From the NCBI GenBank assembly GCA_034440375.1, contig JAWXBZ010000233.1:1-16916 (forward strand): a stretch of DNA of 16,916 nucleotides, read 5' to 3'. Below are positions 1-8,684 of the stretch, piece after piece. The DNA comes from Candidatus Eiseniibacteriota bacterium. Lineage in GTDB: Bacteria; Eisenbacteria; RBG-16-71-46; JABDJR01; JAWXBZ01. Made by a program: the position numbers and the translations under genes. Every line of letters starts with the position of its first letter. Within the stretch, counting starts at the first letter, position 1. Under the pieces are notes generated by a model. It was not told the DNA's origin, searched no databases, and was given only the letters and a program-made list of their open reading frames with translations.

Positions 1-166
1 GGTCGAGGACCAGTTCTGGGGCGACCGTTGCGGCACTTTCAAGGATCCGCACGGATTTGCCTGGACGATCGCCACCCGCAAGGAAGACTTGACGCGGGAA
101 GAGAAACACGAGCGTGCGGCCGCGTTCTTCAAGGAGTTCGAGGCGAGCGGAGCTGGGAAAAAATAA
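1..166 (+). CDS. VOC/glyoxalase (PhnB-like) family protein, 3' end only
   Basis: Not in the ORF track. The frame from base 2 reads VEDQFWGDRCGTFKDPHGFAWTIATRKEDLTREEKHERAAAFFKEFEASGAGKK* (TAA 164-166). 'DQFWGDR..DPxGxxW' is the typical PhnB/VOC C-terminal signature. Confidence 0.85.
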   Translation, partial: VEDQFWGDRCGTFKDPHGFAWTIATRKEDLTREEKHERAAAFFKEFEASGAGKK

Positions 167-185
167 GCTCGCCTGTCGGCACAAC

Positions 186-217
186 AAAAAAGGTGGAGAT
201 GGTTACCCCTCTCCGCC
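186..217. terminator. Hairpin with adjacent A-tract, possible intrinsic terminator
   Basis: GGTGGAGA (192-199) pairs with TCTCCGCC (210-217, one G-U), preceded by AAAAAA (186-191). It lies between the VOC stop and the kinase start. The U-tract would be on the - strand, so orientation is uncertain. Confidence 0.4.
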
Positions 218-243
218 GGGTGGTGCTGTAGTAGATTCCCCCC

Positions 244-2505
244 ATGTCACTCACTCCCGGCACCCGCCTCGGCCCCTACGAGATCGTCGCCCCGCTTGGC
301 GCGGGAGGGATGGGAGAGGTGTACCGGGCGCGGGACTCGCGCCTGGGGCGCGACGTGGCCATCAAGGCGCTGCCGGCCGAGTTCGCCAGGAATCCGGAGC
401 AACTGGGGCGCTTCGAACGCGAGGCGCAGACGCTGGCATCGCTGTCGCACCCGAACATCGCGGCGATTCATGGCCTCGAGGAGCGGGATGGCGTACCCCA
501 CCTGGTGCTCGAACTGGTGGAGGGGGAATCCCTCGCCGCCCGGCTCGCGCGCGGAGCACTCCCCTCTCGTGAGGCGCTTTCCATCGGTGTCCAGATCGCC
601 TCGGCGGTGGAAGCGGCGCACGAGCGCGGAGTCATCCACCGCGACCTGAAGCCCGCCAATGTCATGATCACAACGGCGGGGGTGGCGAAGGTGCTCGACT
701 TCGGTCTTGCGAAAAACGAGCCGGTTGCGATGTCGGGCTCCGACCTGACGCAGTCGCCGACCGCGGCGATTCTTCCCGGCGCGACCGTGGCCGGCACCAT
801 CCTCGGAACCGCGGCCTACATGAGTCCCGAGCAGGCGCGCGGTCTTTCGGTCGACCGCCGCAGCGATGTCTGGTCGTTCGGCTGCGTGCTCTTCGAATGC
901 TTCACGGGCAAGACGCCCTTCGAGGGAGCCACGGTGACGGACCTGCTGGCGAAGATTCTCGAACGCGAACCCGACTGGACGCTGCTGCCCGCCGGAACGC
1001 CGCCGCGGGTGCGGGAGATCCTGCGGCGCTGCCTGCGCAAGGAGGCCGACGAGCGACCTCGCGACATTCGCGACGTCCGGCTCGAGCTGGCCGAAGTGGC
1101 GTCGGGTGCTGCCAGGATCTCCGGCGCGCTGGCACCATCCGTGGCGGTGATTCCGTTCGAGAACCTGAGCGGTGCGGATGACGAATACTTCTCCGACGGT
1201 ATCACCGACGAGATCCTGAACGCGCTGGTGCACCTCGACGGCCTGCGGGTCGCGGCGCGCACCTCGTGCTTTGCGTTCAAGGGGCGGCGCGAGGACCTGC
1301 GCGTGGTGGGCGAGAAACTCGACGTCGCCACCGTGCTCGAGGGGAGCGTGCGCCGCTCGGGCAACCGGCTGCGCATCACGGTCCAGCTCGTCAATGCGGC
1401 CGACGGTTACCAGCTCTGGTCCGAGCGCTACGATCGCGAGATGACCGATGTGTTCGAAGTGCAGGACGAGATCGCGGGCGAGATCGCGCGGCGGCTCCGC
1501 GTGACGCTCCAGGACAGCGCCGAGGGCTTCCGGGGCCGGCGCGGAACGGCAAACCTGGAGGCGTACGAACTCGTGCTCAAGGGGCGTGCGATGCAGCTGC
1601 GGCGCGGGCGCTACCTGTCACAGGCGATCGAGTGCTTCGAGCGCGCCATTGCGCTCGACCCCAACTATCCGGAACCGCTTGCCTGGATGTCCGACTCGTG
1701 GCGACTCATGGGAACCTTTGGCGTGGCGCCCTTTGCCGAAGTGATGCCGCGGGCCAAGGACCTGGCACTCCGGGCGCTGGCCCTCGATTCGAACCTGCCC
1801 GAAGCCATCGCCACGCTGGCCGATGTCGAGGCCCAGTACGATCGTGACTGGCCGAAGGCGGCCGCGTCGTTCGCGCGGGCCCTCGCGGTCGATCCGCGCC
1901 ATGTGCGCAGCCGCTGCGAGCGCGCGCTCTGGGGCCACGGGTGGGGGGCGATTTCGGCGGAGGAAGCCGTTGCGGAAACCGAACGCGCGGTGGCGGACGA
2001 TCCCCTCAACGCCTGGGCCCTGGGGATGTTGTCGTTTGCCTTCAGCTTCGCCGGCCGCCACGAGGACTCGGTGCGTGTGGCCACGCAGGCCATCGCCGCG
2101 GATTCCGAGTCGTTCTTCGGGCACTGGCAACTGCTGCGGGCCCATGCGTGGGCCGGCGACTACCAGCGGGCGGTAACCATGGGGCCCGCGCTCCTCGCCG
2201 GCACGGGGCGTCATCACTGGGCGCTCGCCATGCTGGGATGGACGCACTCGAAGGCCGGCAACTTAGGCCTGGCCCGCGCAGCCTACGACGAGCTGGAAGG
2301 GCGTTCGCGGCTGGAGTTCATCGGACCGGGCTGGCTTTCGGCGGCGGCCGACGCGGCCGGCCTCCGGGACGAGGCGTTGCACTATGCGGGCCGGGCGTTC
2401 ACGGAACGGGATCCACTCGTGATACTCATGCGCCAGATGCCGCCGTTCGCGGAACTGCGCGAGGACCCGCGCTTTGTGGAAATGTCTCGAGGCGTATGGG
2501 AGTGA
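244..2505 (+). CDS. Hanks-type Ser/Thr protein kinase with TolB-like N domain and TPR repeats (cytoplasmic)
   Basis: [25 protein letters not shown] and YMSPEQ kinase motifs; [23 protein letters not shown]olB-like segment; TPR-like '[12 protein letters not shown]', 'ARALAVDP'. No clear transmembrane helix. Confidence 0.95.
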   Translation: MSLTPGTRLGPYEIVAPLGAGGMGEVYRARDSRLGRDVAIKALPAEFARNPEQLGRFEREAQTLASLSHPNIAAIHGLEERDGVPHLVLELVEGESLAARLARGALPSREALSIGVQIASAVEAAHERGVIHRDLKPANVMITTAGVAKVLDFGLAKNEPVAMSGSDLTQSPTAAILPGATVAGTILGTAAYMSPEQARGLSVDRRSDVWSFGCVLFECFTGKTPFEGATVTDLLAKILEREPDWTLLPAGTPPRVREILRRCLRKEADERPRDIRDVRLELAEVASGAARISGALAPSVAVIPFENLSGADDEYFSDGITDEILNALVHLDGLRVAARTSCFAFKGRREDLRVVGEKLDVATVLEGSVRRSGNRLRITVQLVNAADGYQLWSERYDREMTDVFEVQDEIAGEIARRLRVTLQDSAEGFRGRRGTANLEAYELVLKGRAMQLRRGRYLSQAIECFERAIALDPNYPEPLAWMSDSWRLMGTFGVAPFAEVMPRAKDLALRALALDSNLPEAIATLADVEAQYDRDWPKAAASFARALAVDPRHVRSRCERALWGHGWGAISAEEAVAETERAVADDPLNAWALGMLSFAFSFAGRHEDSVRVATQAIAADSESFFGHWQLLRAHAWAGDYQRAVTMGPALLAGTGRHHWALAMLGWTHSKAGNLGLARAAYDELEGRSRLEFIGPGWLSAAADAAGLRDEALHYAGRAFTERDPLVILMRQMPPFAELREDPRFVEMSRGVWE

Positions 2506-2516
2506 CCCTCACTTCA

Positions 2517-2546
2517 GGCGCCGCGCGACGCGCTCGCGCGGGCGCC
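2517..2546 (+). terminator. GC-rich stem-loop downstream of kinase
   Basis: GGCGCCGCGCGA-cgcgc-TCGCGC(G)GGCGCC: 12-bp stem with one bulge, 11 nt after the kinase stop; no U-tract. Confidence 0.35.
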
Positions 2547-2576
2547 GTAACGTAGCCAAGCCCGGCTTTGGTGCAA

Positions 2577-2585
2577 TGGTAGCCT
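2577..2585 (+). promoter_or_regulatory. Putative extended -10 element for the AhpD-SDR operon
   Basis: TGgTAGCCT fits TGnTAnnnT and is followed by a Shine-Dalgarno (AAGGAGAGG) before ATG 2613. Confidence 0.35.
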
Positions 2586-2612
2586 GCATGTCCGCTGGCA
2601 AAGGAGAGGACC

Positions 2613-3140
2613 ATGGCCCGGATACCCCCCGTCGACTACGAGTCCGCCGATACGGAACTGCGGCAGGCCTACGACCACCAGATCGCCGCCCACGGCCGCG
2701 TTACCAACATGAAGCGGACGCTCGGCCACTCGCCGCCGGCGTTCCGCGCGCTCATGGAGTGGTATCCGCTCGAGGAGGCCGTCGTGCCGTTCCTCGGGCA
2801 GCGTCGCGCCCGCCTGTTCGCCCACGCGATTTCGGCGGAAACCGATTGCCTCATCTGCTCGACGTTTTTCCGCCGGATCCTGACCGAGGCCGGCGAGCAC
2901 CCCGATCGGCTCGAGCTCGACGAACGGGATCAAGTGATCGTTGACTATGGGCGCCAGCTCGCGCTCGATTCGAACGGAGTTTCGGACGAACTCTTCGGCC
3001 GGCTGGCGAGTTTCCTGGCGCCGGACCAGATCGTCACTCTCACGACTTTTGGAGCGCTCATGGTCGCGACCAATGTTTTCAACAATGCGTTGCAGGTCGA
3101 TCTGGACGAGTACCTGGCGCCGTATCGGCAGGGAGGCTGA
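2613..3140 (+). CDS. Carboxymuconolactone decarboxylase/AhpD-like protein
   Basis: MARIPPVDY start, 'GRVTNMKRTLGHSP', CxxC (DCLICS), helical C-terminus ending 'NVFNNALQVDLD'; strong SD. Confidence 0.8.
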   Translation: MARIPPVDYESADTELRQAYDHQIAAHGRVTNMKRTLGHSPPAFRALMEWYPLEEAVVPFLGQRRARLFAHAISAETDCLICSTFFRRILTEAGEHPDRLELDERDQVIVDYGRQLALDSNGVSDELFGRLASFLAPDQIVTLTTFGALMVATNVFNNALQVDLDEYLAPYRQGG

Positions 3141-3144
3141 CGTC

Positions 3145-3951
3145 ATGGACACGGGACTCAAGGGCAAGGTGGCCTTCATTACGGGCGCGGCCCATGGCCA
3201 GGGACGGGCCGCGGCCCTGGCATTGGCGGCCGAGGGCGCGCACGTGGCCGCGTACGACATCGCCCGCACGACGGCTTATCCCGGCTACGCGCTCGGGCAG
3301 GAGGACGACTTGCGGACGCTCGCAAGCGCCTGCGAGGCCGCCGGCGTGCGGTGCCTCACCTTCGCCGGAGACGTGCGCGACGATGCGGCCATCCGGTTGG
3401 CGGTCGAGACGACGGTGAACGAACTGGGACGCATCGATGTGCTCTTCAACAACGCCGGGATCTGCGCCTACGGGCTGGCGCACGAACTGACCGAGGACGA
3501 GTGGGACGCCATGATCGACGTCGACTTGAAGGGCCCCTGGATGGTGGCCCGCCGCGTCATCCCGGTCATGATCCGCCAGGGCTCGGGCGTCATCATCAAC
3601 AACTCGTCGGTCGGTGGGCTGCGCGGCATGGCCCGCCTCAGCCATTACGCTGCGGCCAAGTGGGGCCTGACCGGCCTCACCAAGTCGTGGGCCATCGAGC
3701 TGGCGCCGCACGGCGTCCGGGTCGTCTCGATCCATCCAACCGGCGTCAACACGCCGATGAACGACGGACTGGCCGAGCTGGAGGGCCTCACTCCGCGGGA
3801 AATCGGCGAGCGGTCAGCGGGCAATCTGCTGCCCGTACCCTGGATCGAGCCCGAGGACGTGGCGGGCGCCGTCGTCTACCTGGCCTCGGACGCGGCCCGC
3901 TTCGTGACCGGCTCGCAGTTCGTGATAGATGCGGGGCTTTTGTCACGGTGA
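3145..3951 (+). CDS. SDR oxidoreductase, mycofactocin-associated-like subfamily
   Basis: Start reassigned to ATG 3145 (SD GGGAGG just before the AhpD stop). TGAAHGQG, NNAG, YAAAK, insertion loop DIARTTAYPGYALGQEDDL and NLLPVPWIEPEDV. Confidence 0.9.
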   Translation: MDTGLKGKVAFITGAAHGQGRAAALALAAEGAHVAAYDIARTTAYPGYALGQEDDLRTLASACEAAGVRCLTFAGDVRDDAAIRLAVETTVNELGRIDVLFNNAGICAYGLAHELTEDEWDAMIDVDLKGPWMVARRVIPVMIRQGSGVIINNSSVGGLRGMARLSHYAAAKWGLTGLTKSWAIELAPHGVRVVSIHPTGVNTPMNDGLAELEGLTPREIGERSAGNLLPVPWIEPEDVAGAVVYLASDAARFVTGSQFVIDAGLLSR

Positions 3952-4227
3952 CGGGCCGCACGCTCCAGGGGAGGAGTGCCTTGAGGCGTCCCCACGTCGT
4001 TCGTATTGAAGCCAGCCACGACTTCCTCACTCGAGGAGATGATTGATGCGGCGACGATCCACAATTGGACAAGCCGTCTCATCTGACACCTCCTCTATCG
4101 CGAAGCGAGATAAACGAGCGCCACTTGATTATGTCATGAGCGCACGCTCGATCAATCCACAGCCGGTCTAACTTGCATCCCACAGGCTGTTGGGCCCGGA
4201 CCCCCGATGGATTCTTGCATCTCAGGG

Positions 4228-5403
4228 TCATACCGCTTCGCGGCGGCCGAGGCCGCTTCCGCCGAGTAGTTCGCCCGACCAAAGGATCTCGAGGAAGCGC
4301 TGCCAGGGCAGGTATCGGACCCCCTCTTTCAGCCTCTCGACCGGATCCTGGGAAACCAGGTAATACGAGCCCAGGGTCGCCTCGTCCTGCAACCGTCGCA
4401 GGGACACGGAGTCGCCGTCGGTGGTGCGCTCGGTTGCCTTGACCTCCACCGCGCAGAGATCACCAATCACGAAGTCCACCTCGTTCTTGTCCTGCGTGCG
4501 CCAGTAGTTCAGGGGTGCCGACACGCGCTGATAGCTCAGGGCCGCCCGGAGCTCAAGGGCGATGAACTGCTCAAAGGCGCGCCCGAAGTGGTTGGAATTG
4601 CGCTCCAGTGTCCGAATCCGTGCCAGAGTATTCGTCACCCCGGTGTCGAACAGGTAAAACTTTGCTGCGGCCACTTCCTTGCGCTTCGTTCCGCGCCCCC
4701 ATGGCTCCACCATGAATCCGACAAGCGTATCTTCCAGGATGCGATAGTGCTCGATCACCGTGGACGGCGACATGCCGACATCGCGCGCCACGTTCGTGAA
4801 GTTCAGTACCTCGCCGGTCGTGAGCGCAGCGATCGAGAGGAAACGGCCAAACCGGGGGAGGTTGCGCACGGCGCCTTCGGCCTGGATTTCCTCGCGCAGG
4901 TACGTGCCGACGTATGCATCGAGTTCTTCATGCGGCTCGGCGGAACCATGAACCTGCGGCAGGCCGCCGACCGTGAGGTACCTGACAAGATCAAAGTCCG
5001 GAATCTCCGCCGACACAAGCGGGAAGAGGTTGGCCTGTCGCGCCCGCCCCGCCAGGAGATTTGCCTGTCCCTGCCGGAGCTTTCGAGCACTGCTCCCCGT
5101 CAGCAAGAAGCGCGTCGATGTCTCTTCGATGAGCCGGTGCACCTCGTCGAGCAGGACCGGCAACTTCTGGATCTCATCGATGACCACGAGATCCCGTCCA
5201 CCAGCCCGGACCATCTCCTCCAGAGCGCTCGGCCTGTCACTCAACCTGAGGAAGTTGTCCGACTTGAGCAGGTCGATGACCAGCGCCTTCCCGGTTAGCT
5301 GCGTCCGGACCAGATGGCTCTTCCCCGTGGAGCGGGGACCCAACAGGAAGAATGACTTCTGGGCCAGCAGCCCGGGCAGATCGAGGATTCTCGCGTAGCT
5401 CAT
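4228..5403 (-). CDS. AAA_14 ATPase + wHTH + DUF4143 (PD-(D/E)xK nuclease-like) protein
   Basis: Walker A GPRSTGKS, Walker B VVIDEIQK, LTGSSAR, LAGRA, KFYLFDTG, FEQFI, YWRTQDKNEVDFVI...AVEVK. Confidence 0.92.
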   Translation of the reverse strand: MSYARILDLPGLLAQKSFFLLGPRSTGKSHLVRTQLTGKALVIDLLKSDNFLRLSDRPSALEEMVRAGGRDLVVIDEIQKLPVLLDEVHRLIEETSTRFLLTGSSARKLRQGQANLLAGRARQANLFPLVSAEIPDFDLVRYLTVGGLPQVHGSAEPHEELDAYVGTYLREEIQAEGAVRNLPRFGRFLSIAALTTGEVLNFTNVARDVGMSPSTVIEHYRILEDTLVGFMVEPWGRGTKRKEVAAAKFYLFDTGVTNTLARIRTLERNSNHFGRAFEQFIALELRAALSYQRVSAPLNYWRTQDKNEVDFVIGDLCAVEVKATERTTDGDSVSLRRLQDEATLGSYYLVSQDPVERLKEGVRYLPWQRFLEILWSGELLGGSGLGRREAV

Positions 5404-5463
5404 AGCCTAATTTTATTCGACTCAATCATATGAATTCAATGAAATCGTTCGATTAAGTCGAAT
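5404..5463 (-). promoter_or_regulatory. Promoter and inverted-repeat operator of DUF4143 gene 1 (leaderless)
   Basis: The - strand reads TTGAAT-18nt-TAAAAT-6nt-ATG with no SD. Inverted repeat ATTCGACTCAATC (5415-5427)/GATTAAGTCGAAT (5451-5463), one mismatch. Confidence 0.55.
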
Positions 5464-5496
5464 GATTTGACAGATCCGAATCAACGCGTAGTGGCT

Positions 5497-5521
5497 TAAA
5501 GTACTGCATTCTAATGGCTTA
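5497..5521 (-). other. 25-bp TAAG..TTA quasi-palindromic element
   Basis: The - strand reads TAAGCCATTAGAATGCAGTACTTTA; same length and ends as 10939-10963. Confidence 0.4.
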
Positions 5522-5621
5522 CATAAATCTTACGCTCGGAGAATACGCCTTGTCGGTGGCGCTCATGTGACCGGCCGCAACCGCTGGTCGATTCCGTTCC
5601 TCTGGTTTCCCTGAACCCCGC

Positions 5622-7658
5622 CTACCAGAGCCGCACCCGCTCCTCCGGCGCCAACCACATGCCGTCCCCCTCCTTCGTGCCGAAGGCGTCGTGGAAGGCA
5701 TCGATATTGCGGTAGGGGCCGGTCACCCGGAATTCGAGCGGCGCGTGCGGGTCGGAAGCCAGGCGCTGGATCATCTGCTCGTCGCGCATCTTGCCCTTGC
5801 GGGACATGGCGTAGCCGATGAAAAAGCGCTGGGGGCCGGTGAAGCCGTCGATGACCGGAGCCTCTTTCCCGCCGAGGCTGGCGATGTAGGCCCGGTAGGC
5901 CATGGCCACGCCGGACAGGTCGCCGATGTTTTCCCCGAGCGTGAAGGCACCGTTCACCTGCATCCCCTCGATCGGCGAGAATCGGTCGTACTGGGCCACG
6001 AGCGCCTTCGTGCGCTCCTCGAAGGCGGCGCGATCCGCCTCGGTCCACCAGTCGGCCATGTTGCCGTCGCCGTCGAAACGACTTCCCTCGTCGTCGAAGC
6101 CGTGGGAAATCTCGTGGCCGATCACGCCCCCGACCGCGCCGTAGTTGATGGCGTCGTCCGCCTCGAGCTGGAAGAACGGAGGCTGGAGTCGGGCCGCCGG
6201 GAAGACGATTTCGTTCAGGCTCGGATTGTAGTAGGCGTTGACAGTCTGCGGGGTCATGCCCCACTCGGTCCGGTCCACCGGCTTGCCGAGCCTGGCCACC
6301 CGGCGCGCGTGCTCCCATTCGTTGGCCCGGCGGACATTACCGGCATGGTCGCCCCGGATGATCTCCATGCCGGAATAGTCGAGCCATACGTCGGGATAGC
6401 CGATCTTCGGCGTGAACCGGGCGAGCTTCTCGCGCGCCTTCTGGCGCGTGGCCGGCGTCATCCAGTCCAGGTCGGCGAGGCTGGCGTCCAGCGTCGCCGT
6501 GACGTTTCGCACCATCTCGATCATCCGGGTCTTGGCCTCAGGCGGAAAGTACTGCGCCACATAGAGCTTGCCGACGGCCTGGCCCACCAGCCGGTCAACG
6601 ATGCTCACCCCTCCTTTCCAGCGCTCGCGCTCCTGCTGCTGGCCGTTCAGCGTACGGTTCCGGAAGTCGAAGCGGATGGCGGCCGTCGTCGAATCGAGGT
6701 CGGCGGCGCGGGCGTCCATCACGCGGTAGGCCAGGTAGTTCTTCCACTCCTCGAGCGGGCGGGATTCGATCATCCCGTCGAGCGCCTGGAAGTAGTCCGG
6801 CTGGCCCACGATGACCCGGTCCGCGCTCCCCGCGCCGAGCGCGGTGAGGAATTGCATCCAATCGAGGTTGGGGGCGAGACGGCCCAGTTCGTCGATCGTG
6901 TGCGGGTTGTAGGTGGCCTCGTTGTCCCGGTTCTTCACCTTGTCCCACTGCGCGCGGGCGATCGCCGTTTCCAGGTCGACGATGGCGGCAGCTGCGACCT
7001 CGTCGCGCCCGGCGGCCTTGAGCAGGGACCGAATGTAGGCCGGCAGCGCCTGTCGCGCCTTGTCGAACTTCGGATTCGCGGTATCCAGGTAGTAATCGCG
7101 ATCAGGCAGGGTCAGCCCGCCCTGGTTGACGTAGGCCACGTGCACCGTTGACTTGCGGAGATCCTGATCCACGTTGAACCGGATTGGGCCGCCCACACCG
7201 ATCCGATCGAGCCGGGCGAACGCCTCGAGCAGCGACTTCCGATCGGTGACGCCGTCCACGATGGCCAGCTCGGGCCCGACGGCCGAGACGCCAAGACTGT
7301 TGATGCTCGCCTCGTCCATCCAGGACGTGAAGAGATCACCGACCATGCGGGATTCCGACCCCGCCGGTCCCGGGTTTGCGGCGGCGGCTTCGATGATCCC
7401 CTGCAACGCCTGTTCGACCCGTTCGTTCACCTGCTGATAAACGGAGTAGCTCGAATAGATCGGGGGGATCGAAGTTCGATCGAGCCAGGCGCCGTTGGCG
7501 AACTGGTAGAAGTCGTCCTGAGGGCGGACGAAGCGATTGATGGCATCGAGATCGATACCGGACGTCATGGCGACGGACGTTTCCGCCCCGCTACGCGACG
7601 CGACGGCCAGGCCGATCAGGAGAGCCAGGCCAACGGTCATTCGGGACATGCGGTTCAT
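5622..7658 (-). CDS. pepO: M13 family (neprilysin/PepO-like) zinc metallopeptidase, secreted
   Basis: N-terminal signal peptide; RPQDDFYQFANGAW, VNAYYNP, HEISH zinc motif, GENIGD, DPHAP; SD AGGAG. Confidence 0.93.
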   Translation of the reverse strand: MNRMSRMTVGLALLIGLAVASRSGAETSVAMTSGIDLDAINRFVRPQDDFYQFANGAWLDRTSIPPIYSSYSVYQQVNERVEQALQGIIEAAAANPGPAGSESRMVGDLFTSWMDEASINSLGVSAVGPELAIVDGVTDRKSLLEAFARLDRIGVGGPIRFNVDQDLRKSTVHVAYVNQGGLTLPDRDYYLDTANPKFDKARQALPAYIRSLLKAAGRDEVAAAAIVDLETAIARAQWDKVKNRDNEATYNPHTIDELGRLAPNLDWMQFLTALGAGSADRVIVGQPDYFQALDGMIESRPLEEWKNYLAYRVMDARAADLDSTTAAIRFDFRNRTLNGQQQERERWKGGVSIVDRLVGQAVGKLYVAQYFPPEAKTRMIEMVRNVTATLDASLADLDWMTPATRQKAREKLARFTPKIGYPDVWLDYSGMEIIRGDHAGNVRRANEWEHARRVARLGKPVDRTEWGMTPQTVNAYYNPSLNEIVFPAARLQPPFFQLEADDAINYGAVGGVIGHEISHGFDDEGSRFDGDGNMADWWTEADRAAFEERTKALVAQYDRFSPIEGMQVNGAFTLGENIGDLSGVAMAYRAYIASLGGKEAPVIDGFTGPQRFFIGYAMSRKGKMRDEQMIQRLASDPHAPLEFRVTGPYRNIDAFHDAFGTKEGDGMWLAPEERVRLW

Positions 7659-7667
7659 GGGCTTCTC

Positions 7668-8069
7668 CTAGGGAACGGTGTCGAACCCGGCCTCGCGGAA
7701 GTGACGGTCGCAGGCGAACGCACCGTCGAGCTTGCGGCTCCGGATGATGATGAAGGATACGGCATCAACGAGGCTGAGTTGGCGCTCGTCGCGGTCGATC
7801 AGGAGATCGAGCCCGGCCTCGTGGAGTTCGCGATCGACCCAGACGACGTCCAGCAGCGGGGTAAATGTTTGACGGAATCGCTGAACGGCTTCCATCCCCA
7901 TGCGCCGGCCAAGCAACGCGTAGAGTTCCACCAGGACGAAAGACGTCGTGACGAGAGTGGCCGACGTTGAAGACAGTCGTTTGAAGGCGTCGCGGGCGGC
8001 GGAATGCTGCACGTCATCCGGGTTGAGGAGCGCCAGCACGGCTGTTGTGTCCACGAAGACGCGGCTCAC
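7668..8069 (-). CDS. vapC: PIN-domain toxin (VapC family)
   Basis: GTG at 8069 overlaps the antitoxin TGA (GTGA). VFVDTT, VLVEL, LSLVDAVSF and FACDRHF retain all four acidic residues; 133 aa. Confidence 0.88.
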   Translation of the reverse strand: MSRVFVDTTAVLALLNPDDVQHSAARDAFKRLSSTSATLVTTSFVLVELYALLGRRMGMEAVQRFRQTFTPLLDVVWVDRELHEAGLDLLIDRDERQLSLVDAVSFIIIRSRKLDGAFACDRHFREAGFDTVP

Positions 8070-8280
8070 TCCTGGCCCGTGTCGTCGAGATAATCGTCGT
8101 GTTTCTCGGCGAGATCGGTGGCGCGACGGCGCGGAACTGACCGACAAGCGTTGCCGCCGCGTCGTACAAACTGGCCTTGTCCGGAGCGTCATCCTCGATA
8201 GTCCGGTCGATACATCGCCGGATCATCTCGGCCAGGGAAACCCCTTCCTGCCGGGCCAATCCCCGCAGTGCGCGGGCCAG
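8066..8280 (-). pseudogene. RHH/CopG-type antitoxin remnant (5'-truncated, frameshifted)
   Basis: LARALRGLARQEGVSLAEMIRRCIDR...LVGQFR in one frame. After a shift near 8120-8130 it reads ATDLAEKHDDYLDDTGQE* (TGA 8068-8066). The N-terminal RHH strand and start codon are absent. Confidence 0.75.
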
Positions 8281-8447
8281 ATCGCTTCCTTCGCCTGAAT
8301 GAGACCGTCAAGCCCAAGTACGCTGACGGCTCGGCGGTCGATCGTAACGGGTTGGCTGGCTCGAAGGACGTCGGTGAAATCGCCGATACCCTGCACGTGG
8401 CCAAGGCAATTCAAGTGTTTGAGTGCCGCCTGGAGCTTGAGGAAACT
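8280..8447 (-). pseudogene. Nucleotidyltransferase-family fragment
   Basis: SFLKLQAALKHLN|CLGHVQGIGDFTDVLRASQPVTIDRRAVSVLGLDGLIQAKEAI resembles the '..LGEVxGVGDY..VLxLDxLIxAKxA(GRPKD)' C-terminal half of small NTases. No start, no terminal RPxD helix, probable internal deletion. Confidence 0.55.
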
Positions 8448-8519
8448 CCGGCCGGCGGCGGTGAAGACGTCGATGCGGATGGGGCCCGGTTCGGCGAGCG
8501 GGAAGGCGATGTTGGTGTG
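8448..8519 (-). pseudogene. FlgD-Ig/T9SS-CTD-like C-terminal domain fragment
   Basis: HTNIAFPLAEPGPIRIDVFTAAGR matches the 'TxIxFxLxxxGxVxLxVFDxxGR' pattern; only 24 codons. Confidence 0.5.
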
Positions 8520-8684
8520 CCGGCACCACGAAGTAGTGCGGCAGGCTGGGGTCGTACTTTCCCCTGGGAAGCACTGATGGCTTTGGTTACGACAAAGGGC
8601 TGCTCGTGGGTGCGAATGGACAATACCAAGGTACGGCGGGCGATCAGCCACCGAAAAATCGGCTGGCCGCGGTGCGCGGGAGCG

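Noticed and set aside
244-2505. Kinase-TolB-TPR protein as a novel architecture
   Set aside because: A common, highly paralogous architecture in Acidobacteria/Gemmatimonadetes-like genomes; nothing unusual seen.
2941-3144. N-terminal extension of the SDR (336-aa call)
   Set aside because: It overlaps the AhpD-like gene out of frame; the Rossmann motif and SD support ATG 3145.
5691-7151. Long antisense/alternate-frame ORFs (also 247..1233, 9492..10697, 13674..14759, 14805..15917, 8268..9032)
   Set aside because: Shadow ORFs expected in high-GC coding DNA; Arg/Gly/Pro-rich with no recognisable motifs.
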